From NCBI RefSeq assembly GCF_009914755.1, contig NC_060933.1: a stretch of 64,000 bases of DNA. The stretch is one strand, 5' to 3'. The notes under the pieces are model-generated. The model did no database searches. It saw only the letters and a program-made list of their open reading frames with translations, and was not told where the DNA came from. Position numbers and translations under genes: made by a program. Origin of the DNA: the human T2T-CHM13v2.0 reference genome, Homo sapiens. Below, in pieces: positions 43,416 through 56,262 of this stretch. Within the stretch, counting starts at the first letter, position 1. Each line of letters begins with the position of its first letter.

Positions 43416-44351
43416 ATGTGGAGATTTCTGTGAGCATCTACCCTAGACCTGAGTCTAAATAAAGGAGAACAAAACAAAAAACCAAAATAAAAAAATCTCA
43501 GTCTTGAGACAGTTATTTTTTATTAAGTGACCATATAAACACATCTGACTTACGTTTTTTGTTGGTAGCATCAAGCAAATTCCCTGTACATCTTTTTCTT
43601 CAAAATACTCTTTGATCTAAGAACAAATTTAAATAGTATTGAAACTAGTATTATTACAGATACAAGGCATTCTTCCTTGGTTTCTGTGATTCTTTTTAGT
43701 ATTGCTGAATAAACATTAGTAATGTCTATGTCTTGAGGAAGCTGAATTTGAATAGAAAATTACTAGCTTTATTATAATCACTTACAGACTTTTAAATTAT
43801 GCTGTCAATATTTTCAATAATACATTTCACTTGTTTTAAATGTTTGGTTAGATAACCACCTCCTTTCTCCTCTTGCTCCAGCTACTCCTAATTCAATATA
43901 ATCATTGAATAGGGTATCATGGTTCCTCCCAAACAGGCAAGAATTAAAGTCACAATCCTTAGGCAAAGACTCATTATTACTGGCTTGTTGGAATTAATCA
44001 CATTTAAGGCAGCCATTTAACCTGATAACCTTCAACCTAATTGTCTCAATCATTCTATTCTCTTCATACCATAGCTACTTTCCCCAAAACTGCTACAAAT
44101 CTGAACTGATGACCCAAGTTCTGTCTGTTGGCTGGCATCCACGGCTATTTCTATGCAAAGAAAACACCATGGGGTCATTTCACTACATTTATACTTAGGT
44201 GGTTCCAAGAGAAAAGTTTCCCCTCAATACAACTTCACCAGCAAAATATACCTGACGTAGTTTAGTACTGATATAATTGGCAAGGAAATTAAATATCTTT
44301 ACACGTGTTAGTAAAACTACATTTTTTCCAGTTTGACTTCTCCATTTATAC
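43416..44351 (-). pseudogene. Three exon remnants (44351-44252, 43616-43554, 43454-43416)
   Basis: Strong sites (tccttttttaag|, CAG|GTATAT, ttgttcttag|, AAC|GTAAGT, tcctttatttag|, CAT|GTAAGT); in-frame join KIFNFLANYISTKLRQ|IKEYFEEKDVQG; third exon LRSRVDAHRNLH(I) is in a shifted frame. Confidence 0.8.
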
Positions 44352-44952
44352 CTTAAAAAAGGAAAGACCCTGGAGTTTCCCTTGAACTGTACATTTTAGG
44401 TGTCTTGTATTAGATACTATTAAGGGAAGAATAACTGATATAAGAATTCTTAAGAATTAAACTTACATATTTTGGCAGAAAGGATCTGGACTTAGTGTCT
44501 AAAGCCTTAAGGTTGAGCTCTTTTCACTAACAGACCCATGCTGGGCTTCAATTTCTACACTTTTTGAGTAGTTTGAACCAGATGTCTCTGAAATTCCCTC
44601 CAACATCCTAAGCTCATTTAAGACTTTTGATGTGATGTAATGATTTATTTTTTTAAAGGTAGATGATCATAAACTCCTCCCTTGAGCCCCACTTTTCAGA
44701 GAACTTTCTTTATATAGGTAACTCCTATCAATCATTAAGGGAACAAAGAGATACAGTGTACATAGAACAATTGATATTCCAAAACTTTTTATTCTGATTT
44801 TGAAAGGCAATTGGAGACATAACTCTCCTGTAAAGATCCAGGTTGTAAAACAAAGTATATTATAGTCTTTATAGAGCTCTTATAAACTGTTCTTCCTCTC
44901 CCTTGGACTGCACAATTGATGACAATCTGAGATCTAGCAAAGTGCCGGGGCA

Positions 44953-45140
44953 TGTTACTGAAAAACCAGGGTTTCGGTCTAGGTCCTGCTGCTCACCGCA
45001 CAGAAAACCAATCACTAAGATGACAAGTATTGCCAAGGAAGAAGACTTTAATCGGGTGCTGCAGCCAAGGAGATGGGAGTTTGGTCTCAAATCCATCTCC
45101 CTGACTGACTAAAACTAGGGGTTTATATAGCAGGGAAGAC
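44953..45140 (-). mobile_element. 3' part (TATA-R-U5) of an ERV1 LTR, MER41-like
   Basis: tgttac terminus, ggtctaggtcctgctgctc...tattgccaaggaagaagactttaat; TATA at 45122-45130 on the minus strand. Confidence 0.7.
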
Positions 45141-45282
45141 ATGGTTCAAAAGCAGTCATAGACTCCTCCACATGCAATTCCATGAACTAACACAGATAAG
45201 CACACACATTAAAAAATGCAATAAAAACAGGCACCAGAACCAAGCAAATCCTCACACTGGAATGGGTGCATTTATTTTTCAC

Positions 45283-46073
45283 AGTTATTGTTAATTCCAT
45301 ATGAGTTGTTTGTGTATTCAGAATACTTGTTAAATTCAAAAAGAAAGAGGCCCTCAGACCAGGATTAGCAGTCAATGGAGTATAATGGCAATGAGATAGT
45401 ATGGAAGTTGAAATTTGAAATTCTGCTGCAAAATGGTCCTGGAAAGCATTCAAGCAATTATCCAGCTAAACCAAAAAGAAAAAGAATTTCTACCATACAA
45501 TTAAAAATAAAGGCAATGTTGAGGTAAATGGTCCAGATTGCCTTTCATATTGATTAAATTGCCTTCATGAATATGAAACTCTGCTTTGTCCACAGCCAAA
45601 GACTAATAAAATCACAGGATGTCAGAAGAGAAGGAACTATATAGATCAACTTATTCCATCACACCATTCTGTAGATAAGAAACCTGAGAGTAGTGTTTAA
45701 AGGATTTTAAGATGTAGAACAGAACCCAACTAGAACCTAAGTCTTAGAACCTTCTAGCTAGTTCATTCCAATTTACACAACATGAGTTAACTAATAGCTC
45801 ATAAGGAAGAAAGATTAACATTAAGGGAAGAAAAGTTACGTTGAAAAACAAAAGAAGGAAAATATGGTTGTTTCATTTATATAGTTTGTTATCACTTTGA
45901 AACCATTATGTTAAATACACTTAATACAAAGTTTTAGAAAGTTTTATAATGCCACAAAGAAGAAATGCCGTATGCTGAATATGTTCTAAAAATGCTAATC
46001 TCTAAATACAGACTTCTTGAGGATTTGTTTTTCTGTGTTGATTGATATTTTATATCCATTCTTTAAAAACCAA
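45283..46073 (-). pseudogene. Two exon remnants (46073-~45930; 45465-45283)
   Basis: gtttcttgccag| LVFK/RMDIKYQ...NPQEV; tttttggtttag| LDNCLNAFQD...SILSHCHYTPLT, 183 nt still open, donor ACT|GTGAAA. Confidence 0.65.
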
Positions 46074-46221
46074 CTGGCAAGAAACACAAAATCTTTAATG
46101 TCTGGAATTCTGATTTTTATATTTTAGTAACATTTATTATAAATATTCAATTAAAATAATTGTCTTTATTTAAAACTATATCTTTAGAACAGCTGTAAAT
46201 AAGTAGACAAACCACGACACC

Positions 46222-46532
46222 TTTTTTTCTTTTTTTTTTTGAGACGGAGTCTCGCTCTGTTGCCCAGGCTGGAGTGTAGTGGGCACAGTCTCGGCTCACT
46301 GCAAGCTCCCCAGGCTCACGCCATTCTCCTACCTCAGCCTCCCGAGTAGCTGGGACTACAGGCGCCCGCCACCATGCCCGGCTAATTTTTTTTTTTTTTT
46401 TTTTTTGTATTTTTAGTAGAGACGGGGTTTCACTGTATTACCCAGAATGGTCTCGATCTCCTGACCTCATGATCTGCCTGCCTCGGCCTCCCAAAGTGCT
46501 GGGATTACAGGCGTGAGCCACAGCATCCAGCC
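46222..46532 (-). mobile_element. AluY with expanded middle A-linker
   Basis: AluY diagnostic positions; run of about 22 T at 46386-46407. Confidence 0.9.
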
Positions 46533-47921
46533 CAAGGCACCTATTTTTAACTCACCCTAATTAAATGTCCCAAACTCCCTAATGCATTTAAAGAGAGTAT
46601 AGAGAAAGTGAGCAAATGAGTGTGATTGTATATGTGACCTCTAAACTTTGAATAATGCATCCTCAGATGTTTGATAATGCCTATTATGGTCCTAAATGCT
46701 AAATGCACTTAAAAAGGAAAAATAAGACTGTCTGAAGAATAATTGTTATGCCCAAATACTGTTAAAAATTTTAAAGTTGATGTTGCCCAGGAAGATACCA
46801 AGGAGAGTCGAGCCCTCCACCCGGCTCACCCCAGTGTAGGTGTTCTTATCACACTTGTCTATGGATCTTCAACGAGGAAAGGAGGGGACATGGGATCTTC
46901 CACTACCAAATCTGGAAAGCTCTTCAACATTATAGTCATCACGCCTATTTTACAAGGAAGAGAACATTCACAATTTCGTATCTAATGACAAATAGCTCAG
47001 TGGCTAAGATCGAAGCCTTCCACCTCCCAGGACACATTCAACCTTTTCTCAATATATCTCATTCTCATATTTTAAAAATATAAAGTCTTATAAGTTGGGC
47101 AGTACTTTTCCAATAAAGTCAAATTTTTAAATTTTTTTATTTCATAGAAAATCTGAGAAAATCAAACACAAAATGTTTTTGTAAAATATACTTTCATGTC
47201 ATAAGTTTAACATAAAAATCTAATCTGATTAATGATACCTCGCTACATTTGTCATACTGAGGCTAAAGCCTTGGACTTTACATAGAAAAGTTGTAAATGT
47301 GGATATTTAAAGGAAATGTCTCTTCACTCTTTAAAATATCTTATTTTAACTAGAATTCAACCAAGGACTCACTGGAGCAGTTAATGGAATATACTGTACT
47401 TTATTTCCATAATCGAAGCTTTTTTCTTACCGAGGTTTCCATCTCTGTTCCTCTCCTTTGGTTCTGTTCCTTAGTTTATTCCCTTCAATAACTCCCTCGC
47501 TCAGTTATAAGATTTTTTTCTCTATCATCCAACTCCATATCTTTCTACCTCCTTGTCTTCCCATTTTATTGTTGTAAACAACCTTACGAAGAACATTTTC
47601 ATCTTCCAAGGACCCTTCCAACAATCAAATCTTCCTCTTTTGTGGGAATGCTGCCAAACCACTATCAAATCTTAACGTGTTGCTCATCCAAGTTCCTGCC
47701 TAGTGCCACCTGTGATCCCTTCACGATTTCTTCCCTGAACAGAAGCTACTACTTCCCATGCAAACTGCCTCCAGCCTGGACAATCAACAACTGAACCAAC
47801 AAACCAACCCAAACCTGTGTCTGTTTATAGAGCTACGACATCAGCCATGTCAGGAAATGGAGAGTCAGAAAACAATCTCGGTTATTGACTTACAGTAGGT
47901 GCTTGACAGGACTGTTTCTGA

Positions 47922-48383
<462 letters not shown>

Positions 48384-48995
48384 TAAATGGAGTTAGCCCA
48401 CCACTGAAAATTATGAAAGAGTTGTATAGCATTTCACTTTAATGTCTCCACAAGCCATGTTAGTCAGGACCGCCTCCTGCCATCCACAAGGACACTCTGC
48501 CCCTCCTCCTCCTGTCTCCTCTCTGACTCTCCGACCTCCACTCCACATATTCACCAAGGGCTCTCTTGTATATTAACCTTTTCTCACTAGACCACTTGAG
48601 ACATTCTTTCATAGGAAAGTGATACCATTATTCATGCCCCACCTTTTAAAGATAGATTAGCTGAGAAATCATGAAACTGGCCTTGCTTTCAACTAATCAG
48701 TGTTGAAACTGGAATTAAAACCCATTGGGATGAATGGAACACACAAGCTAACACTGAAACTTCGTATTCTTTCAACTACTCCATGGGACAGTTATTCGCA
48801 TCAGTTCCTTTTTATATCACACAGAAATTTCCTTTTGAGGTTTTGTTTAAAGAAATTAAGAGCCATAGCAATTACTATGTTAAGAATTAGAGTAATAATA
48901 AATAGCTATCATTTTATGTAGTAAGTATCAAGCATGAGCTATGTGTCTTACAAATATCTCATTTAATCCTCATAAAAATTATTATGTAGGTACTT

Positions 48996-49327
48996 CTGTT
49001 ATATGTCACTTAACAATGGGATATGTTCCGAAAAATGTGTCCTTAGGTGTTTCATTGTGTGAACGTCATAGAGTGTATCTTCACAAACTAGATGGTATAC
49101 CCTCCTACACACCTAGACTATATGGTATAGCCTATTGGTCCTAGGCTACAAACCTATACAGCCTGTTACTGTACTGAGTACTATAGGCAATTGTAACCAT
49201 AAGTAAGTATGCGTATATCCAAACATAGAAAAAGTACAGAAAAAAATGCCATATTATAATCTTAAGAAACCACTGTCATATATTTGAACTGTCGTTGACC
49301 AGAATGCCATTAATTGATGTATGACTG
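48996..49327 (+). mobile_element. Tigger3a/MER7-type MITE inserted in a MIR
   Basis: ctagatggtata...ctacacacctagactatatggtatagcctatt; ends atgactg followed by TA. Confidence 0.85.
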
Positions 49328-49364
49328 TATTATTTTTATATTATGAATGACTATTTTTTTGCCT

Positions 49365-49512
49365 TTATTTTCTTAAGTATATAAACTTCACTATTAAAGA
49401 AGTGTAACTCTGACAAGATCTCTTTGAAGGCAACATGCAGAATCTCAAAAGGACACATGTAGAATATTCAAAAAGTGTTGAAGTTTCAAAAATCTTCTAA
49501 CATTTTAAATGC
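49365..49512 (-). pseudogene. Exon remnant
   Basis: Branch-like cttac plus ttgttttatgtctattag|; AFKMLED...IFYMCPFEILHVAFKEILSEL. End approximate. Confidence 0.6.
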
Positions 49513-50137
49513 CTAATAGACATAAAACAAAAGGTAAGTGGAATTTAAAACATAATTTGGGGACAATTCTTTTGAACAATTATATATAATACTTTGATTT
49601 TTTCACTGTCATAAAAAATGTCAACTATCTACCATAAATGTGCAGGTAAACTGGCTGAAGGAGAAGTTTGTATTCTGCATTTATTACCAGATGAGTTCAA
49701 TTTCTGTCCTCCCTAAAATCATGGTTATCAACCTTAAGTTTTAAAAACAGAACACGGACTTTATGAAAACAAAATATTTGAATGAGCATTAAAAACATTG
49801 TTCATATTTATACATCCACAACTCACATTGCCTTAAATATAGATTAGATTATACTAAGGGCTCACCTTACAGCTGTTTCAACACAGGCCTAGTGAAATGT
49901 GTTATTGTGAGTAAAGGGGATGGGTAGAGGTTTTAATACTGACAATCAAAATTGAGACTGACATAGTCACCAAGTAAAGAACATGCCATAATTTAAAATT
50001 AGTCAATGAATAATTTTTTTAATTATTGAAAATACAATGGGCTACGAAGATACATGCTTGATATATTTCCAGTCTAAATGCATAGCATGACGTCTTTGGC
50101 TGAACCACTTAAAACTGCCATGTTAAAGATCAAAACG

Positions 50138-50170
50138 ATCACTTCTCCGCCTTTTGGCTAAGATCAAGTG
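50138..50170 (+). pseudogene. 3'-truncated U2 snRNA retrocopy (U2 nt 1-33)
   Basis: atcacttctccgccttttggctaagatcaagtg vs U2 ATCGCTTCTCGGCCTTTTGGCTAAGATCAAGTG (31/33); flanked by direct repeats. Confidence 0.9.
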
Positions 50171-50199
50171 AAGATTGAAACATATTAAATACTATATTT

Positions 50200-51070
50200 A
50201 TAAAAATAAATTAATGAACAAATAAACACAGAGTGGAGAAGGAAAAACCTCTTCCTTACGGTACAATGCCAATCAACAAAAGTAAACAGAATGATGGAGT
50301 TAGAAAATCCCCAATGAATGCGTGAACGTTTGAGGAGGATTAGGATATTTACATGGTTTCAAAGTAACTCTCCACAAATTCCTTATTACTTATAAAGGAT
50401 AACTTTACAATAGAATTTTAGAGTGGAGAAACTTGGCAGATACCACCTGAATCAGTGATGCAAGTTACCACCAACACTGGGACAAACTAATATATTTTAC
50501 CTCCTGTTAGGATTATCTGCGAAGGGCAAAACAGCACCCATCACTTCTGTGATATTTTTTATAAAAAGCATAGCCTGACTCTAATCATAAGGAAACATCA
50601 GGCAAACCCAAACTGAGAGTCATTCTGCAAAACAACTGGCCTGAACTCTTGAATAACAAGGTCAAGAGAGACAAAGATAGGCCAAGAAACCGTTCTAAAT
50701 CAACAGAGACTACAGAGACACAAATATAGAGCATGACCCCAGGTTGGATGCTGGGCCAGGAAAAAATTTTTCTAAAGGATGTTGTTGAGACAATTGAGAA
50801 CATATGAGTTTAGACTATGAATTAAATAAGAGCATTGTATTAATGTCAGATTTTCTTATTTTGTAATGGTTCTGTGGGTAGAAAAGAGAATATCTCTTCT
50901 TAGGAAATCTTTTCTAATTTCTTCTTATTGTCTTACGAAATACAAATTATAGCATTTAGAGGTAAGAGGGCACAATGTCCCCAAATTATATCAAATAGTT
51001 CATAAAATGTACAAATACATGTAAATACATAAAGAAATGATAAAGTACATGGGGCAAAATGTAAACATTT
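50200..51070 (+). mobile_element. L1MC-type 3' region
   Basis: gtggagaaacttggcagataccacc...ggaaacatcaggcaaacccaaactgag. Confidence 0.8.
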
Positions 51071-51301
51071 TATGATTTATCAAAATAAGTACAAAGAAGC
51101 TTATCTTTAATATCATATGGCTCAATCTAACATCCACATGTTTATTGACATATATAATCAACTAAAAACCACTTAGGGACTAGAAACACTTACTAATATG
51201 ATCGCAATTAAAAATACCTAAGAACAAGTATGTGAACCTGAATGAAATACAAATCAGTATATAAGTATGCTGAATACAATTGTCATAGTTGACATTCTCA
51301 C

Positions 51302-52470
51302 AGCAAACATTGCATTTTTGAAATTATATTCTTTCAATAGCTTTTTGGCCCAAGACATAACACAGGAAATTATTTGAATGCTTGAGTTGGACATCTCCAA
51401 AGGACCAATCACATCATCACTGATATTGCATCTCACTTTTTACTTGAGTTTGTTGCATGGAAAAGTAATTCATCTCTTTGAATATGTTTCCTAAGAAAAA
51501 CAGAACTCTTCTAATTCTCTTCCAAGAAACCCTGGGGCAATAGTAAATTCTGCATCCAAAATTTGAAAGGAATTTTTTACAACTTGAAATCCCACCGTCA
51601 AAGTGTAGCCTGGAAAATATTTTTATAAAACTAAAGGTAGAACAAATAATGTAAAGAAAAAAAATCCGGATGCATTCGTACGCTAGCCAAGCAACATCAG
51701 ATTATTCAGCACTGTACCTATTGATCTTCTTAATAAGCCAGACCCTGACACACTGCACCACATGGCACTTAAGATTCAGGGTGGACACACTGCAACATCA
51801 TTAAATATTTTCTAAAATGATCATTCATTTTGTGGATGGATTTAATGCTAAATCCATCCGAGCCCCCAAAATGGAATTTTAATCTAATCCTAGTAATAAT
51901 GCATTTTTCTCTAAAATCTTCAAAAACTAAACAAAATCAAGCCAAAAATGAAAAATTGTTTAAAATAAAAGTCACCCATAATCTCGGCATGTAAAGATAA
52001 CACCATCACTGTTAAAACTTTGGTATGTTTCATACCAGCATAAACCCATACATGACTCCATCCATCCATTTGTTTTTATATACAAAATAAGTGCTTTGTA
52101 TACACAGTCTGTACGTTGTTGGTTTTCCAACTCCAAACATTTTCATATGTTTTTACGTATTTCTTTCATAACAATTCAAATGAAGATGCTATGGAAAGTG
52201 GACCAATATCTTCAAGACACAGAAAAGCAGCCAACCAATGGTGGAGGTGTTTAAGGACAGTTCCCAAGGTTTGTTCACCTGTGGGAAAGTCCAAAGTTGA
52301 ACCTCAGTGTTAAGACTGCACAGGAACGAGAAGGTTCTTCTTCCTTCTCCTTCTCCCAGTAAGACCGCATGGTGTACTGATCCTTACTGTTAGGGAATGC
52401 ACCGTAACTCTGTTTGTACTGGGACATTCACATTCTTTGTGTGGTCTGTCTTGGCCCTAATCTCAATTAC
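51302..52470 (-). pseudogene. Cluster of five exon remnants (52470-52279, 52209-52157, 51926-51718, 51609-~51555, 51490-51302)
   Basis: KTDHTKNVNVPVQTELRCI; YWSTFHSIF; FLKILEKNALLLGLD; INR|LHFDGGISSCKKFLSNFG, in frame across a 108-nt GT-AG intron; NIFKEMNYFS...KSEMQ. A 69-nt GT-AG intron lies at 52210-52278. Confidence 0.75.
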
Positions 52471-53363
52471 CTGGTGAGACTAGAATGATAGTTTCTAATT
52501 ATTTTTTTCAGTGTAAAAAACCCATAGACCTATATGACCATTTCTCCTATTCCATTAGTCCTATTTCCATTAGCAGTTGCTACTAAATAAACTGCCCATA
52601 CCACAATCTGGTCTTAGCTCCTTTCCAATAACACCTCCCTCCCATCTGCATCTCATACACCAGTCACTCTGTTCTAGCCACTGCTGCCTGAACATGCCAT
52701 TTGTTCTCCCTTCCCTATATATCATTCCTTGCTCCAAAAATATCCTTTGATCACTTCTCTGTATATTGAAATTACACACACACATACAGATATATACACA
52801 CACACGCACTTATGTGTATCGTGATCTTCATTACCTTTCGTCATCCTCCCAATGTGAACTATATTTCCTTCCTCTGTTCTCAAACATTTGTTGTATCTCA
52901 ATGCATTTTTTTCTTTCAAGCTTGAGTCAGATTTTGTTTTTGCAATTTTTAATTGTATCATTCCCCATAGAGAAACTTTCCTGAGGGCACGGCTGTGCTT
53001 TAGTCTTTCCTATTTCATGCAATTTTAAAATAGTATCATGATCATATTAGAAGTTTATCTAATATATGAACTGAAGAACTAAAACAGGAGAATATCAAGA
53101 GGCTTTGGACAAGCTAAACAAAGTAAACTACGGAAAATCTGCTATATTGTGGGTCAGTTAATTATTCAAAGAACCAAAACATGGCTGAGATAATTGTACA
53201 ACTTTGTGTTTTAAGGGGAAGACTGGCCTCAGCATATATTTGTTTTATTCTAAATTTTAACTACTTCCAGAAACAATATTGGCCCAGAAGACATCAACTT
53301 TTTCCAAGTTTGGTATTGGCTTCACCAACCATTAATATGTTTCACTTTCCAGTGCCCCTATAC

Positions 53364-53520
53364 CAGAAGGACTACATAATGTACAAAATGAAAATGTGGG
53401 GCCATTTGTTTAAGGTTATTCAGGGCTTCAGGATGTTCACAGCAGAGCATTAAACCAAGTACAGGGCCCTTCTAAGCACAGGAGTCTGCGCAACCACACA
53501 TGTCATGTGAAGCCAGTGCT
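53364..53520 (-). mobile_element. MER45A-like hAT-Tip100 MITE
   Basis: caaaatgaaaatgtggggcc...cagcagagcattaaaccaag...gggcccttct. Confidence 0.85.
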
Positions 53521-53977
53521 GTCTGTATAAAATGTCTGTCTGCAGTTTTCCATTCTTTCAATTGAGGTAAAAACCAAAGATTCTCACACAAAGTGAATAC
53601 AGACTTCCTAAAACAATCCAACAAGAAATGGAACAGAAAGAAGGGCCCAGAATTTTCAAAATATTCCTAGACCTATTATGCAAGTTTCTTTCTTGACCTG
53701 TGCACAGAATTCTCTGGGTTATATTTCCTTTATATATCTACTTTTAAATTATATTTTTGTAGGTTCCCAGTCATGCAACAAAATGCTTGCAAACCTTCTC
53801 CAAAAGGAGAGTGGGGGTGCGTTATTACATTCCAGAAACAATATTGGCCCAGAATATTTTGCTTTTGCTGATGAATATTTTACTTTTTTGGTTAAGGACT
53901 CTGTTCATCTAAGTTTTAGCTATTTTTTTTTAAATGGGCCTTCTCCGACCATCTCAGTCTTCAATACAGGACAATTC
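53521..53977 (-). pseudogene. Two exon remnants (53977-53829; 53666-~53521)
   Basis: cacttttttgcaaaag| ... SKIFWANIV; second segment LLDCFRKSV runs up to the MER45A element. Confidence 0.45.
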
Positions 53978-54407
53978 CTTTTGCAAAAAAGTGAAATGTA
54001 TAGAATTGACTCCAGTCCTATAAGACCCATTACTTTCAAAAGCATTTTATCTCAGAGTGCAGCCTGCAACATGAGCCTTTCGGTGGGGTGGGGACTAAGG
54101 AGGGAAGTGGTGGAGAGGGAGGATGAGGGAGATCAAGGCCAACGGGAGAGCCCACCAGAGCTATGCTGGGTTATAATTAATGGCATGAGGTTACAACCTG
54201 CAGCTGACTTCGGTTACAGTAAAAGGTCAACCTTCTGCTGCAATTTGCATTTACTGATTTGGAGTCTGCTACAGTCTTCTCTTTCCCTCACTCCCTCAGG
54301 GTTGGCTGTCTAGCTGATCCCTGTTGCATGCCTTTCTTTATTCCAACAAAGATTCTTTTTTCACCCTTTACACAAACATGCATCCACACCCATACCTCCA
54401 CCCTCAC

Positions 54408-54684
54408 CCACGTTCCCACAGAGGCACACGGATTCAAAGACTGGACACTTCCACGGCTTTTATTGTATATCAGGGGATCCGAGGCTTTTGGATGCTTCTG
54501 CCAAAACCGACTGCATTCTTCTGCCAAGTCCTCTCCCTCATCCAGTGACATTTGGAAGGACAAAGGGGGCAAATTCAAATAGGCCTTATTTCCAAGTGGA
54601 TAGTACATTCTCTGGTGAGCATAAAGCAATTTTGGTATCAAAATCGTTTCATCTGAAATACTCAAGGGCTTGAGGAATCTATCT
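54408..54684 (-). pseudogene. Exon remnant
   Basis: ccattttcagttccaccag|; IPQALEYFR*ND aligns without gaps to LRQIKEYFEEKD at 44.3/43.6 kb; LSFQMSLDEGEDLAEEC; donor TGG|GTGAGG. Confidence 0.65.
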
Positions 54685-55054
54685 CTGGTGGAACTGAAAA
54701 TGGGGAAATGATATTGGAATGTAGGAGAGGGTAGGGAAGTAGCTAGCTGGAAAAATCCTGAAGCTATATGCTGCCAGAGCTGGTGCAGACATTCCCCAGG
54801 GAGCTGGGTATTTAGGAGACTGGAGATCTCTCTCACCACACCAGGTTCCCTCACCATGCTTTACTCTGAAACCACTGCTCCTCCACAAGACAGGGACTGC
54901 TTGCAGACATCAGCCTCCTGTCAACTCCCTTGCCTGCTCTTATGCTGGCAGGTGTACATATCCCTCTGCTTCTTTTCATTCCCACTCCACACCCTCCAAT
55001 GAGTGCCCTGCTTTCTATAGCTCCCCGTAGCCTTTATTCAAATCACTGCATCTT

Positions 55055-55355
55055 CTATCCCAAAGATTCCCAAAGTCCAATCACTTGTGTAGCATCTTTC
55101 ATGACTTGACATTTTCAGTTATCACTGACTGGTATTGTTATCAATATTTTTATTTTAATGACTCACTTTCCTTAATACACACATTTTTAATGGAAAGTTT
55201 TCATCACTGCTAAATGGAAACCGATATCACTTGCAAGCAATAGAACAGAATATTAAATGCTAGATTAGAATAATAAAAAGGCATTCATTCAGGGACCTCT
55301 AAAAGCCATCTCGCCTGTATCTATGGTACCCATACCCCTCTTTGAGAAGCACTGC
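55055..55355 (-). mobile_element. hAT-Charlie remnant (MER113-like)
   Basis: catctcgcctgtatctatggtacc...ctttgagaagcactg terminus. Confidence 0.5.
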
Positions 55356-56262
55356 TCTTACCAAGGCCTACTTGAGACAACTAGCTAGTCTAATCAATTT
55401 ATTTGAGGAGAGGTGTATCCATCAGTTGTATTTTTACCTAGTATCCTTCACAGATAAACAGACACATATGCCTGGATGCCTTCATGGTCAATCCAGAAAG
55501 GAAAAAAGTCAAAATTCTCAGAATTTAGCTCCTTTGACTGAAAACTCTCCACCTCCCTTCTCTAAGCTTCTCTCAGAAAGACTGAGGAATGAATGAATGA
55601 AGACATCTATGTTGCAATACTGACCAGAGCCAGTGGAAAGTACATTTTGGATCTTATAGCTATGCAAGCTACCCATAAATATTGGGCTTTTCATTTAATT
55701 TGCAAGTATTTACTGAATTCAAATGAGGACTTAGACCTGGTACCTAAGATCTCATTAGAGATTCAGAGTGAGAATTCACAGCTTAGCAAGAGAATTGGGC
55801 TTAGGAAATCCAAACCCCTTTAGTTTTCTCAAATTTGATTACATTCACAGGTGAATAAAAGGAAGATCATTTCAAAGTTCAATTCATGTGCAATCTTCAG
55901 ATTTAAAATTCAAATCTCAAGTTCATCTCAAGGCTTCCTGCTACAATGGTAGTCAACATAGTGACACCAAGAACAGCCTGATCTTACTCTCAGCATCCAG
56001 ACCTTTCAGGGACTGGGATAGCTGGCTGATGGATGGTTTACGGTCGGAAAAGGTGGCTGCACACATGGATGGGATACACAAGGTGGCTTGTAAAACTTAT
56101 GAGCCATGCTCTGTAGTGTGACCTGGGTGAAGTATGGTTAGGCTCCAGAGGAGGGATAATTAAAAGCAATTAATTGCTGCTGGAGAGATGGCAGAATTCA
56201 GCTCAGACTTCACGGCTGTGCAAACCCAGTCTGGGTGAAGGCCAGAAGCCCAAAACCCTCAC

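Noticed and set aside
53678-54857. 211-aa (+) and 189-aa (-) ORFs as intact genes
   Set aside because: No recognisable domain over their length. Only part of the minus ORF overlaps a fossil exon, and its best motif is in another frame with a stop.
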